NCBI RefSeq assembly: GCF_009914755.1
Contig: NC_060926.1
Strand: one strand, 5' to 3'
DNA from: the human T2T-CHM13v2.0 reference genome, Homo sapiens
Length of the DNA stretch: 64,000 nucleotides
This document shows positions 1-13,964 of the stretch, one piece after another; position 1 is the stretch's first letter; every line of letters begins with the position of its first letter. Below the pieces are notes generated by a model. That model was not told the DNA's origin. It ran no database searches and was given only the letters and a program-made list of their open reading frames with translations. A program made the position numbers and the translations under genes.

Positions 1-312
<312 letters not shown>

Positions 313-1289
313 TTACATTTTGGCATTTGTGAACATTTTGTTTCCACTGAGACAACTGAGTTGCTGTTACTACATTTAGATGGATAGTTGTCAATGTTGT
401 TTTGCAACAAAATAAATAAGAATTACTGATGTGTAGTCTAGGATATACTACCATATACATGTACACACATATGAAAGGCAAAAAGAAAAAAAGAAGGTAG
501 AAATAGAAAGAACTACTGAAAAATATATGGCTTTTTTCATTGTTCCTTATTTTTGTAAAGTCATTCCCAGACAGGAAATACAAAATCCAGAGCTCAAGCC
601 TTGCATGCAGAATCAGCAACCAATTGCAACCCTAGGATTCAGATCACTAGGCATCCTGTCACCAGCCACCTGCCTGAGCTGTGAAGGCCCTGGCAGGTTG
701 TTTCCTCACTGTGGATGAGCCAGGATTTATGTGACCTTCACAAAATCAGACAAGGAGCTTACATGTCAGATAAAATGTCTAACCAAACTAACACAATGTT
801 CAGTAGGCAAAAAAAATGTCCACAGACTATTAACCAACTAGAGACATTACCTTTCTTGTCTCTTCTCAATTGTATCTCTCTCATTTAAATTAATGTCCAC
901 AATGCTTTTAAATAAGGCTCTAATATATAACTCTCCCTTGCAAAACACACACATAAATGCACGCCATTCTCTGTTGTCTTTATTTACACAACTTGTTAGA
1001 AGACAGAAATGCCCTTTTCTAAGTCATATGCTAAAATATATGGGTAAAAATGACAGATTATCTCTTTTTTTATTCAGTCAGGGAGTGAGTGAATATTTAT
1101 TGAGTTCTGACTTTGTACAAGGTCTATGTTAAATAAATTAAGTACGTATGGAATAAGTTGTTGAATAAAAAGCATGACTTCCACTTTCTAAGATATTAAA
1201 ATCAAATTAATACGAAAACAGAATCAAATCAAACCCACTGATATGTTAAAAAATACAGATAAACAAACAGGAGAAAAGTCAGCCATGAA

Positions 1290-2200
1290 CTTACCACCCA
1301 AGAAAATCATTATTAATAGTTTAGTAATTATCTTTCTACTGGCCTAACCCTCTGTGGTTCTGCTAGTGCCTTGCACGTATGTTCAATCATCTATTCTCAC
1401 TGAGAAATATATTGTGAGCATCTTTCTGTATCAATAGGATAAATCTCCATATTTTTCCTAATAGCTTTGTAGCAAGCCATTTGATGAATGCCCTGGAATT
1501 TATTTAAACAATCACTTTAGTGAACATGTAGGTGTCTCCAAGCTTCTGAAACAATACACAACACTAACATAAAAAATTACACACAGCTTTATGTATTTGC
1601 ACAACAATATCATGAACATACATTTTTATCAGAGTCATGCATATTTTTAAACATTTACAAAGCTTTTAATCAATACATAATATATATGCAGAAATGTAAA
1701 TATATCAAAGTGTATCGCTTGATTAATTTTCAGAGAGTAAACTCATGAATAGCATTCATTTCAAGAAACAGAATTTAACTATAATGCAAATCCCCCTAGA
1801 GCCCCTACCAGTCTTCATTTCCCCAGAAGGCAACCATTATATTGACATTATACTGATTAGAAAAAAAATATTTATATAAATTAAATGAGAGTAGGTTCTC
1901 TTGTACCAAGCTCCTCTGCAAAATATATCTATATTGTCATGCTTATTTGCATAATGACCATTCTCAATATTACACATTTTTTAAAATTTTGTGACATACC
2001 AAAATTTACTTATCCAATACATTTGGTAAACATTTAATGTAGTGAACAGTGGGAAATCTTCCAGTATGGGCTATTATGAATGGTGCTGCTGTGAACATTC
2101 TTGCACACGTCTTTTGTGAACATATATGCATGCACTTCTGATGGTTATATGTGGAATGTTTGGGTGATAGGGTATATACAGTCAGCTTTAGTAGATTCAG
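1290..2200 (-). mobile_element. Old L1M (L1ME-like) 3' fragments
   Basis: Decayed motifs such as gctattatgaatggtgctgctgtgaacattcttgcacacgtcttttgtgaacatat. Confidence 0.6.
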
Positions 2201-2202
2201 TC

Positions 2203-2440
2203 TGATGCAGTTTTCTATTGCTTTGTAACAAATTATCCCAAAATTAGTGGTTTAAAATAACAATATAAAACAGAAAAAGTCACATTTCTGAACCCTACAG
2301 GCAGGAAAAGTTAGGACAGGAGCCATCAAGGGACCATTCTCACAGTCTCTGTGGGTCAGGAATCTGTGCACACCTCAGCAAAATAACACCAAAAGCAAGG
2401 TTGGTCAGGTTTGCGGTCATCTTGAGGATTGATTAAGTGC
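2203..2440 (-). mobile_element. MaLR MLT1 LTR fragment interrupted by a 67-bp insert
   Basis: ttttctattgctttgtaacaaattatcccaaaattagtggtttaaaataaca ... ctcacagtctctgtgggtcaggaat. Confidence 0.7.
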
Positions 2441-2464
2441 CTCCAGTGATTAAAAATCTCTAAA

Positions 2465-2480
2465 CCTCCAGAGGGCAGCA
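2465..2480 (+). promoter_or_regulatory. Candidate CTCF motif
   Basis: cctccagagggcagca, close to CCASYAGRKGGCRS; motif match only. Confidence 0.35.
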
Positions 2481-3489
2481 ATGAAGAATCCCTCATGGCC
2501 TCTGGTTAGAGTTCAGATTTAGGTACCGAAACACCTAATAACAATCCCTCATCTTTCTTCATGTCTCATTCTCGTCATCATAAGGATTGCATATATGAAA
2601 TAACTCCTGAATCTCAACATTTGCCAAGGATATCAATTCTTACATTTTCCAGGACTTCACCTAACAGATCATCTTTTAACCCTACAATTTTAGGACACAA
2701 TACAATTATATATGTGTTAAAGAAATAATACATGCAATAACGTACAAAGCCAAAAAAACATAATGGTTCAAAGGTAATATAAGTCTATTCTTTCAAAGCC
2801 CAAAATAGGAGTCTTGATCAGCAGAGGATACTTGTTCAAGTGGTAATTCAGGTACTCAGCCTCCCTCCATTCTGCACCTCTGCCTTCCTTACCACATTGT
2901 TCCCAAGATCATCATGGTTTTCTTCATCCAACTAGTGGAGGATCACTAATAGAAGAGCTTGATGGCATACTCCTGGAGAGTGACACATTTCATTGCTGTT
3001 AATCTTCCATATTTTGGAACTAAGGATCTATGCCTAATTATAAGGAAGGCTGGAAAATGTGATTCATGCCCTTAGAAAGAATTATAGTAAGGTTTAGTAA
3101 ACCAGTAGCCAGTTTCTGCTACACAATGTCCCTATACAATTCAGTTCCCCTTTACCTTTCAGTTGAATCTTTTTAAGACTAGAAAAAGTCACATTTCTGA
3201 GCCCTACAGGCAGGAAAACTTAGGACAGGAGCCATCAAGGTACCATTTTTCTTTCATTCTGGAGGTAACTGTGACACCATCAGGGCAAGACTGACAACCA
3301 GAAGAGCCACAAGCTTAATGACCGTGCTGATATTCATCCATATGAATGTTCCCCCATCTACCCCATTAAGTTTTTGTTCATTTATTTAACAAGGATTTGA
3401 AGAGGCTTTCAGTATTACCAGCTAACAGAAAAACCTATTGGTGCACACCAAAAAAATAGGACAATGGTGAGAGTTTTTACTTTTCTTTT

Positions 3490-3720
3490 TACGGCAGCAA
3501 GTGGTTCACCAAGATCGAGGACCAAGGGTAAAAGTGAGGCATGAGGCTGGCACACAGCCTTTTCTCGGGCAACAGAGTGGCGGCAGCTGTCCAAGGTGCT
3601 TTGAAAACTTCACGTGGATGGAAATGGCAGCCATTTTTCTAGCTGTCATGTTTGAAAAGAAACACAAACAAATGGTTATGTTTCTTCCTGCCTGTCTTTA
3701 TGGTTGCATAGTTCAGACAA
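3490..3720. promoter_or_regulatory. Candidate enhancer-like unique sequence
   Basis: Non-repeat; five retained CpGs; E-boxes CAGCTG 3584 and CACGTG 3611; YY1-like palindrome aaatggcagccattt 3622-3636; gctgtca. Confidence 0.3.
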
Positions 3721-5259
3721 GCCTCAATCCTGTTTTAAATCTTAGACTTAAAAAAAAAGCCTCTTGTCACTTTGGATCATGAAACAGTAAAATGTAACAT
3801 TTGCAAAAGTGGCCCCAAGGACACAGATAGTGTTGAAAATCCTTGAAAATAAGATGAATGGCCAATTCTCATTATTCATTTGGCTCCCACTGAAGACTAA
3901 TAGCTAAGTAATTCTCCATACATCACATTACCCAAGGTACAAGGCATATAATATGTTAGTAATCTATTGACTAAAATGTTATTTCCACAACAACTTTTCC
4001 TCTAAGTTTGAGGAATGAACATGCATTAAAAGAGAACCATATTTTTTCACTATATGTTGCTATAATTTAGGACTAATGTTGCCTAAATGCAAGAAGAAGA
4101 AAGATATACGCTTCTTTAAAGAAAGATAAATTGGGTCACATGTACATTGTCTTTACAAAACAATACTTATAATCTTTGAGGTAAAATTAATATCATTATT
4201 CCAGTCAGGTTAGGTTTGAAATACATTTAAATGGTGAGAAATTAGTGACAAATCTTGGATGTAAAATTTGTTGACGAGGTAATAGTGTCCGGAGGTTTCT
4301 GGAAAATAAAGAAAATGAATATTTTTTAAAACAAAATCCTAGGATGAAGGACCTCCAGGAGTCGCAGTGAGGTTGGGCAAATGTGTCATTCAAATGCCCT
4401 CAGTGAAGCCTGCTTAATGCCTACCGTGCTTCTATGCTTGTCCACGAAGGAGTGTAACAGAATGCAGAAGAAGAGGAAGCTCAGAATGATAGAGTGAAAA
4501 ACTTCAATCAGCTACCGTTCGTCTCCTAAATATTCTCCCTCTAGTGCCAAACCTCAGAGAGTCTGCTAATATAGGAGCAGGAACAATTATTAGGCAATAA
4601 ATTCTGGAAAGATAGTCTCTGATGGATTGCATCATTGTTCCCAACTACGCTGCCCTTTCCCTGTATTCAGATTACACAGCCTTATCCTTTGTCATGTCAG
4701 GTTGCAGTGCCTCCCAGATGGTGGACCAAACTTCCCCATCCATTTGATATAGGATTGACCAGGTGACTGTCCATCTCTAAGAGGCTTTAACATAATTGAG
4801 TATATCAACTTGATCTCTTTTACCAAGAGTCATCAGGAGAAAACAAATACCAAGATCAAGATAATTAGAAATAAAATGTTTGCTATTATAAGTGAATAAG
4901 ATGGAAGGAGGATGATTGTTAACCAAAGCTGACTAACAGACAGTCTAATCATTCTTTTATTTAAAAAATACCCCATGAGTGCTTACTCTATAATTTTACT
5001 AGATTACACATTGGGAATCTAAAAACAAACGTTGTTTCATTCCTATTTTCACAGAGCTTAAAATTTTCTTCTAACTCCCCTCCGTCCTTTCCAAATGCCC
5101 TGACTACCTCAAAAGTTCATCTCTCAACTAACCCACTAACTTGATCAAATCTGTGTATGGTGCTGTTTTACCTCCTCTGCTTTCATGCCTGTCCAACTTC
5201 AAAACATAAACAAATAAGGCAGATAAATCTTCAAAAACATTCCCTCAGCCAGAGATAAC

Positions 5260-5850
5260 TGTGATAAGCAGAAAGCTATGATGCTCCTTGGGACATCTGC
5301 CCCCTGGTGTTACCCCTCTGATTTTGTTATATTACATGGCAAAAGGGATTTTTCAGATGTCATTCAGGTTAATTAACAGGCCTTAAATTAAGGAAATTAT
5401 CTAGGCTCATTTAATAACAAGATTCCTTTAAGAGCAGAGCATTTTCTCTGGCTGGCAGCAGAAATAGGAGTCAGAGATTGAAGCACAAGGGAGACTCAAA
5501 CTGGCTTGAAGACAGAGGGGACATGTGGCAAGGACCAGAGAGTAGTCTCCAGGATCTAGAAGCAAATCCAGGGCAAGAGACAGCAAGAAAATGGAGACCT
5601 CAGTCCTTCAGCCAAAAAAAAAGAATTCCGCCTACAACCAGTAAAATTGGAAGCAGACTCTTTCCCAGAGCTTCTACGTAAGAGCATGTCCTCCCTGACA
5701 TCTTTGTTTCAGCCTCCTGAGACCAGAGCAGAGAACCCAGGCAAGCTCACAACACACTTCTCCCCTATAGAACTGTGAAATAATAGATGGGTGCTGCTTC
5801 AAACGCTAAATTTGTGGTAATTTGTTACACAGCAACAGAAAATTAATACA
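5260..5850 (+). mobile_element. MaLR solo LTR, MLT1E-like
   Basis: tgtg...ca termini; catggcaaaagggatttt; ends ctaaatttgtggtaatttgttacacagcaacagaaaattaataca. Confidence 0.85.
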
Positions 5851-6643
5851 ATGACCCAGTCTTCTAGGGTTGCCTAGTTTGAGCCAATATTCAGCACCAG
5901 CCTTCTCAATAAGCAGAGTAGGTAGATAAACATCAGTAAAGTCAGCCACCAAATCAGTATGATTTCTAGGGCCCTGGAATGGCTGTTCTGACCCTCAAGC
6001 TAACTCATGTGTGCACCAGTGCCTGAAATCCCTTGAATTGTGAGCAAAGCCTTTCATTATAAAGTAAAGCTTAAAATGGAAATCTCCTTCAGAAAAGAAT
6101 TTCTATGACTTAAATTTATTCACAATGGATACCACAGGGAGTCCACACTGATAACAGATGCTCTTCTGAGAGCAAGCTTTGACCAAAGGCCATGCAAAAA
6201 ATCTGCTGGCCTGGGGCACCTTGTAAGGCCTGGCGGGAGGGGAGACAGAATAGAGAGGGAAGAAAATAGCAGAAAAAAACAGTGACTCTTTACAGTGGTG
6301 TCCAATTTTGGCCCTACCTGCTCCCCTGACCCTCAACCAGGCTTAAATTAAATAGGTTTGTAAAGTGAAACCTTCCTGCTTTCCCACGTCTCTATTTCTT
6401 TTCATCTCTGAAGCAAATTTTCTAATTTACACATAAAAATTCATCCTTCCACCTTCTTGCTTGCTAACAAAACGAGATTTTGTTCAGGTAAATGAGGTGT
6501 CCAACCCCAGGCAATAGATGGTGGTTGACCTAAACTAATCACAACAAACCTCTTTACTTCCCTTTTGGTTTTATTTGTATCTAAGGAAGATCATGTGTCT
6601 CAGTTCTGGTCAATGAGCCTGTTGGCAAGTGGGGCTTTTTTAA

Positions 6644-7336
<693 letters not shown>

Positions 7337-7380
7337 TCATTCATCCTTGAACATGATCATGTTTTTTCAAGGTTCAGCAG

Positions 7381-7771
7381 TGTTATGGGCTGAATTATAA
7401 CTCCTCTAAAATTCATCTGTTGAAGTTCTAGCCCCCCAGTATTTCAGAATATGACTGCCTTTAGAGACAGGGTCTTTAAGAAGATAATAAAAATAAAATG
7501 AGACCATTAATGTGAAGTCTAATAAATATGGCTGGTGTCTTTATGAAAAGAGGAGATTAGGACATAGACTTGCACAGAGGGAAGGCCATGTGATGACACT
7601 GCAACAAGACTGACTTCTATAAGCCAAGGAGAGAGATCTTAGAATAAACCAGCCCTGCTGACACCTTGATCTTAGACTTCTAGCCTCCAGAATTATGAAA
7701 AAAATAAACTTCTGTTGCTTAAACCACATAATCTGGGTATTTTCTTATGGCAACCTTAGCAAATTAATACA
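7381..7771 (+). mobile_element. MaLR solo LTR, MLT1B-like
   Basis: tgttatgggctgaat...aattaataca; 5-bp TSD agcag on both sides. Confidence 0.9.
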
Positions 7772-8434
7772 AGCAGTTATGCTGAGATAAGGAAACATCA
7801 AGAGAATCACAAAGCTGTTGGTCTTGTGTCTTTTCTCAGACATTGACTGAATCAATGCCAGCCACTGACTGCATCTGGGCAACACATCATGGGAGAAAAA
7901 TGAAAACGTATTTCTGTAGTTTCTAACCCAATGCATTTCTAACCAATCTAAAGCTTCATACCTTTAATCACTTTCTTTTACTTATCAAAGAACATCCAAT
8001 TACCGATGGTTCTAGGACACCAATACAGTACCGTTAAGAATGGATTTCATGATATGCTCACTGAGATGAAATGTCAAGTAATATTTCATTCTGTGGTTAG
8101 TTGGGGGCAGATGAAACATTTTAGAAGATTCTGTCTCTTCTTTATATGAATCTTACCACCACTTCATTAACTTTATGTGATGCCTATTTGGATCTAATAA
8201 AAAAAAAAAACATATTGCCACAGGCTCAGGATGCGGTGGGTGGGGAACTTGACATTCAAAAAGGTCACAAAGATCAGGGACTAAATGTTTTCTACTGCTT
8301 CTTAGAACAGACCCCTTTGTAGTCTCCCTGATATGTGTGAATCTAGTGATGGTCATGTGTCTCAGGGAATGTGCTCCGTCTCCAAAAACCAGGGGATCAT
8401 TTTCTAGCAGTTTAGCATTCCTTATTTAAAATGT

Positions 8435-8738
8435 GGTCGGGCGTGGTGACTCATGCCTGCAATCCCAGCACTTTGGGAGGCCAAGGTGGATGGATTACCT
8501 GAGGTCAGGAGTTCGAGACCAGCCTAGCCAATGTGGCGAAACCCCATCTCTACTAAAAATGCAAAAATCAGCTGGGTATGGTGATGGGCACCAGTAATCC
8601 CAGCTACTGGGGAGGCTGAAGCAGGAGAATTGCTTGAATCCGGGAGGCGGAGGTTGCACTAAGCTGAGATTCAGCCATTACACTCCAGTTGGGCAACAAG
8701 AGCGAAACTCTGTCAAAAAAAAAAAAAAAAAAAAAAAA
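8435..8738 (+). mobile_element. AluS SINE followed by GGAA/A-rich tract
   Basis: ggtcgggcgtggtgactcatgcc, full dimer, poly-A. Confidence 0.97.
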
Positions 8739-10469
8739 GGAAGGAAGGAAGGAGGGAAAGAAGTGAAAAAAAAAAAAAGAAAGAAAATGCTCATAGAGCA
8801 TTTACCTAGATTGATCTGGGTTCTGGAAATCCCATAAGATGAATTGTCCCTGAGAGATTTCCTAGACTTTGATGGTTGGGCTTGATGAATCCACCCATCC
8901 AGAAAGAGTGAGAAAAAGAGGACTTTGTGCCACCACTTTTTCTGGATCCCCTACATGGCCACTTTACTTACCCTTGGCTAAGCTTTTCATTTTGCAGGGA
9001 CTTAGTTAAGGAGACAGTCCCCTGTGAGAGAGACCATGCTTCTAGAATTTCAGGTCTATCACAGTCATCCTTCATCAGAGGATGATACCAACGTGAGGAG
9101 CATTCAATAAAATATGTTTGAAAGTGTGGTCATGGGTTTTAAACTGCCTTTAAAAGGAGAAGGTTTGTAGCTGGGTATCTTTATTCACTTTGTTCAGTCT
9201 ATATCAGAAATATCTCCCCACCACACAGACTGTTTTATATGGAAGATTGAGGAAACATATCAGCACTTCCATATTACTTCGATCTACATTAACATACGTC
9301 AGCTGAGACTTCCTCTGTGACACAGACAGAGTTCTGAAATGCAACTGAAGTTTTCTCCTAGAACTCCATCTGGCAGGAAGCTGAAAGGCAACCTTTCGCT
9401 CTTTCCCCAATTCTCCTGATTTATAGAGCAACATAATTGATAGGAATCTAGCTCTCTAACCTCAGAGATTTCTTCCCATTGACTAGTTTATCACATGATC
9501 AAAGCCTTTCTTGGCTGTCAAGCCTCCTCTTATTTTAGATAGCTTGTTGGAGGCTTTGCCTCTGTCATTTACCAAAATAGCTGTACAAGAAGCACAAGGC
9601 TGCAACAATTCCCCTATTCAGAGCTATAGAGAATCACTCTAAATCCTATTTAGGGGATAAGAATAAGTATCTGTATTGTACCTTCAGTGGAACCAAAGCT
9701 GATAGTGTCCACACCACATCTCTCTCCATGACAAGATAATCAAATCCATGGTATTATTTTTCATCAATCAACTTATAAGTTTTCCAGCTCCTTTGTTACC
9801 ATAAACAAATTATTGTGCACCTTAGCTCTTACAGAATCATTAACAAACAATAGATTCATTATGACATCCACACCATTTTGCAGGCCAGGATTAATTTCAA
9901 GCTCTCTTTCAATGACCCTTCTTAGCCAGTGTCTAGTGGCCTCTGCATAAAGCATCAGCATTTATCTTATTCTGGCTTGTCAGGTGACCATTTGCTTTTC
10001 CATCCTAGCTTATGATCCTCTAATTAGGGAGCTTGTTCTGAATTTGGAACTGCTATTACTGCAGAAAGAGAAGTCACTAATTGCTTTTTATCAAAATGCC
10101 AGAGGAATGCAATAAGGCTAAAAAGGTCAGAGCATTTTATCATTTCTCAATCCCCAGAAGGATCAATAAATAGCTGTGAGTGACCACTCTTCTGACAGCA
10201 CTTTCTTCTAAAAAACAATAACCACTGCAAAACAGTAGAAAGTCATAGATTTTTTTCCTCCATTGGAGATGATAAGGAAGACACTTGATTGAATCTTTGT
10301 TCCCACAGCCTAGACATTCTGGTCATATAACCTACTTTTAAAAAGGGTTTGGTAGGTGAGTGAGTTTCTACATTTCTAGCTGTGCCCTTACAAACCATCA
10401 TATCTGTCATGTCAAAAGCTAAGGCAATGCAATACCCGTGTTGAAGAAATGTAGGAGACCCTGAACACT

Positions 10470-11432
10470 TTTATTCCACCCTACCTGCCATAGTCCTAGT
10501 CCCAGCTACCATAATCTGTCATCCTGATTGTGGTTCTCTCCCTGAACAAGTCTCTCTAACTTTACCTGTCGTTAAATGCAGAGTGCAAAGATGCCATCTC
10601 TAAAGTTGTCACCCTTCTGCTTTGAACGATTCCCTGGTTCTCCACTTCTTCAGTGGAAAGTCCTAAATATGACATGCTATTTGAGGCCCTTCATGAACTT
10701 CCCCCGTTGTAGCCTCATCTCTCATCACACTCCCTCTAGCCAGCAAGTGATTTGGCATTCACTGAATAACACTGTGCTCTTGCCCAACCCCAGAACCTTT
10801 GTACTTGCTACTTACCAGGTTGGAATACTCCTTCCCCATCCTACTACACTTGACCTTCAGTCTCTTTTCTGAATCTACTAAATTTTCCTTTTCTAACTTA
10901 TCTCAAGAGAAGTCTCCCCGCTCCTCCAAGACAGATGACTTTTTTTTTTTTGATATAAAGTCTCTCTCTGTCATCCAGGCTGTAGTGCTGTAGTGGCACG
11001 ATCTCAGATCAAGGCAACCTCCACCTCCTGGGTTCAGGCAATTCTGCCTCAGCCTCTCGAGTAACTGGGATTACAGGCACACATCAACATGCCCAGCTAA
11101 TTTTTTTTATTTTTAGTAGAGACGGCGTTTCACCATGTTGGCAAAGCTGGTCTCGAACTCCTGACCCCAAGTGATTCATCCACCTTGGCCTTCCAAAGTG
11201 CTGGGATTACAGACGTGAGCCACCGCACCCGGCCTACCTTCTTTCTTCTAGCTATCTTCCTTCTTCTTCTGTCTATCTTCTTCTGACAACTTCTTTCTTC
11301 TTCCATCATAGAAACATACTGCATTAAAATGTCCCCTTTTTTCTTTAAGCCATAAATCCAACAGGACAATAATAATAGAAATTGTTTTCTTCAAAGTTTT
11401 ATTCGTAACACCTAGCCAACTACCTGGTACAT
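10470..11432 (+). mobile_element. L2 fragment interrupted by Alu
   Basis: Pyrimidine-rich L2 3' motifs (ccagaacctttgtacttgct; cctagccaactacctggtacat). Confidence 0.55.
10940..11234 (-). mobile_element. AluS SINE
   Basis: poly-T ... gtgagccaccgcacccggcc. Confidence 0.97.
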
Positions 11433-12038
11433 TGTATAAGATTTTTATTTGCTATGTAGAAAATTATTACAAATTTAGCTGCTTCAAAAAACACACATTT
11501 ATTATCTCAGAGTTTCAGCAAGGCAGAAATTCAGACACAGCCTAGCTGGCTTCTCTGCTCGATTCCTACAAGACTGAAATCAAGGTGTCGGCTAGGCTGC
11601 AGTATGATGTAGAACTTGCAGTCCTTTCCCAAGTTTATTCAGGTTTTTGGCAGAATTCAATCATTTGCAGTTGTAGCATTTGGGGACCTGGGTGCTTATT
11701 TCCTTGCTGGCTGTCTGCTAGGAGTTGCTCTTAGCTCCTAGCGGCTGCCCTCAAGTTGTATCCACTTGGCACTCTCAGAAGATGTATGTTTATTTCTTCC
11801 AAGCCAGCAGGAGAGTCTCCTTCCAGTCAGCTGTTATGGAGTGTTATGTATTAATAACATTATCATGGAGAATGACTATCCCTGCCACTTTTGCCATATA
11901 ATGTAACGTAATCAAGTGAGTTACTATCCCTGATATTCACAGATCCACTCGAGCCCAAACTCAAGCAGAGGGCATTATAGAGGGCACATACACAAGGAAT
12001 AGGTCTCTTGAGGCCATCTTATAATTCTGCCTACCACA
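11433..12038 (-). mobile_element. MaLR solo LTR, MLT1E/F-like
   Basis: acaaatttagctgcttcaaaaaacacacatttattatctca ... taattctgcctaccaca. Confidence 0.8.
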
Positions 12039-12289
12039 TACATAACTACTTAATAAATAACTACTAAGTGCATTAATGATAAGAGAACTGACTTATCATT
12101 AATAAATATAAAATATTTATTGTATTTATTATTATAAAAATTATAAAGCTGGAGTGTCATAATGGTGGGTAAGTTCCTTGATCTCTGCCTCAGTTTCTCT
12201 AATAAAGAATAATAGTAATAGGGCAAATAATAATTTCTCTTTTATATACCTAAAATGAATTATTGGAGAAATCACATAAAAATATTAAT

Positions 12290-12530
12290 AGCTACTATTT
12301 ATTGCCTACTACTTAATAGGCATCATGTTAACACTATCTCAATTAACCTTTAAAATGGCCTTGAAGGGATACTAGTATTATGTATGTTTCAGATGAGAAA
12401 ATCAAGCCTGAGGGAAATTAACGTGACCTTCCCGAAGTCACACTGTCAGAAGGGAGTGAGGGAGGCCAAGCATTGTACCCAGATTGGTTTGATTCCAAAG
12501 CACATGTTATTAACCACTTATCTACTGCAT
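12290..12530 (-). mobile_element. MIR SINE
   Basis: Core cagatgagaaaatcaagcctgagggaaattaacgtgaccttcccgaagtcacac. Confidence 0.7.
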
Positions 12531-12637
12531 TTGGACATCTAAAAAGGATATACTACATTATATGAAGATGATGATTAGTATTGTGATTATTAATTTGAAA
12601 AAGTATTCGTGTTACCAATTAAGGTACTCTTTTAAGG

Positions 12638-13009
12638 CAGGAGTCAGTCTACTGTGTTCCATGGAACAAATCAGCTCCCTTGTCTGCTTACAGTACAGCC
12701 TATAAGCTAAGAATTATTTTTATACATGAACATTTATAATTGATTTGATGATGAGCAGCACTAATTTTGAACCCCAATTAAGTGAAACCCTGTCTCCCAA
12801 AGAAGAAATTTCATTATTTTCATTAGTAGATGTGTATAGCAAAAATAATAATTATTAATATATTTTTAATTTATCAGCCAAAAAAAGTGGACATTCCGTT
12901 CCTGTTATTTAACTGCCTTTGTAATATCCTTGATTTTGGTGTTGGACCCCAAAGCCTAAAATATTTACTACCTAAGTGACCCTTTACAGAAAAATTTTGC
13001 TCACCCCTC
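12638..13009. mobile_element. hAT-Charlie DNA transposon (MER58-like)
   Basis: caggagtcag ... gaccctttacagaaaaattttgctcacccctc termini; degenerate 8-bp TSD ttttaagg/cttttagg. Confidence 0.75.
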
Positions 13010-13950
13010 CTTTTAGGCAATTCAACCAGTAATAAGCATTGCCAGGCAGACTTACGTGTCTGACAAAGTCTTTCAAAATATGAAAGCAGCACAATGAAAA
13101 TATCCCCTATCATAATGAAGACTGCTGTATAATTCTAGCACTACATGTTACAATCTGCATTCGTGGCATAGGACACACCATCCCTTTCCAGACTACTCAA
13201 ATTGGACTCAATTATTTTGGAGTAATTGTCATAAACCCAAAACCAAGAAGTGGTCTTTTGATTCATTTTCTCAAGCACCAGAGTCACCTTTCTCTAGGCA
13301 GACAGCATTGTTGCATAATCACTGAAACAGACATACAAAAGGCAACAGAGGTCGGCCCATTCATATTCACTAGTGAGAATTTCCTCTACATTGAGAATGT
13401 ACCAACCTTTCCCTGTGACCTCGGCAGATTCCTGAAACATAACACCTTTATCCTGACATTTACTGCATCATGTTGTCCCTCAGGACGTCAAAGCACAACA
13501 ACGGGGTCAGCTTCCAATGTCAGAGTAAATAGCTGCCATAAATGGAGCTTGAAGGGTGACATCTAGCACTCTCATCCCACTCAAACTCTAGTCACCCAAA
13601 CACTTCATCCAGCTGATGGTGCCCACAATCTCTCATGTAACAATCATTTCTTTGTGCTGAAGTATTTTCTCTTCTTAAGTAGCAAATGTATCTGTGAGGT
13701 AGTTGTCAACATCTTATGATTTCTTGACTGAGAGCTTTGTTCACACCATTCTCACAGGAAGTTTTATGCATACTTCAAGACTCAGCTGAAAGAAAAACTT
13801 CTCCATGAAATTATCCCTAATTTCCTAAGGAAAAAAATAATTGTCCAGCTTTTATATTGTACATTTTGGATGGATAGCCACATATTATGTGTCGACTATA
13901 ATTATTTATGTACATCATATTGCATATCACTAAAAAAAACCTTCTATTGG

Positions 13951-13964
13951 TTTGCCATAGCAAC
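13951..13964. promoter_or_regulatory. RFX X-box-like motif
   Basis: tttgccatagcaac vs GTTGCCATGGCAAC-type palindrome; motif only. Confidence 0.25.

Noticed and set aside
10309-10355. Plus-strand exon-like unit (cccacag| ... tag|gtgagt)
   Set aside because: Overlaps a decayed L2 3' tail; likely a chance pseudo-exon
13258-13566. 102-aa ORF
   Set aside because: Non-ATG start, no recognisable domain, no splice context
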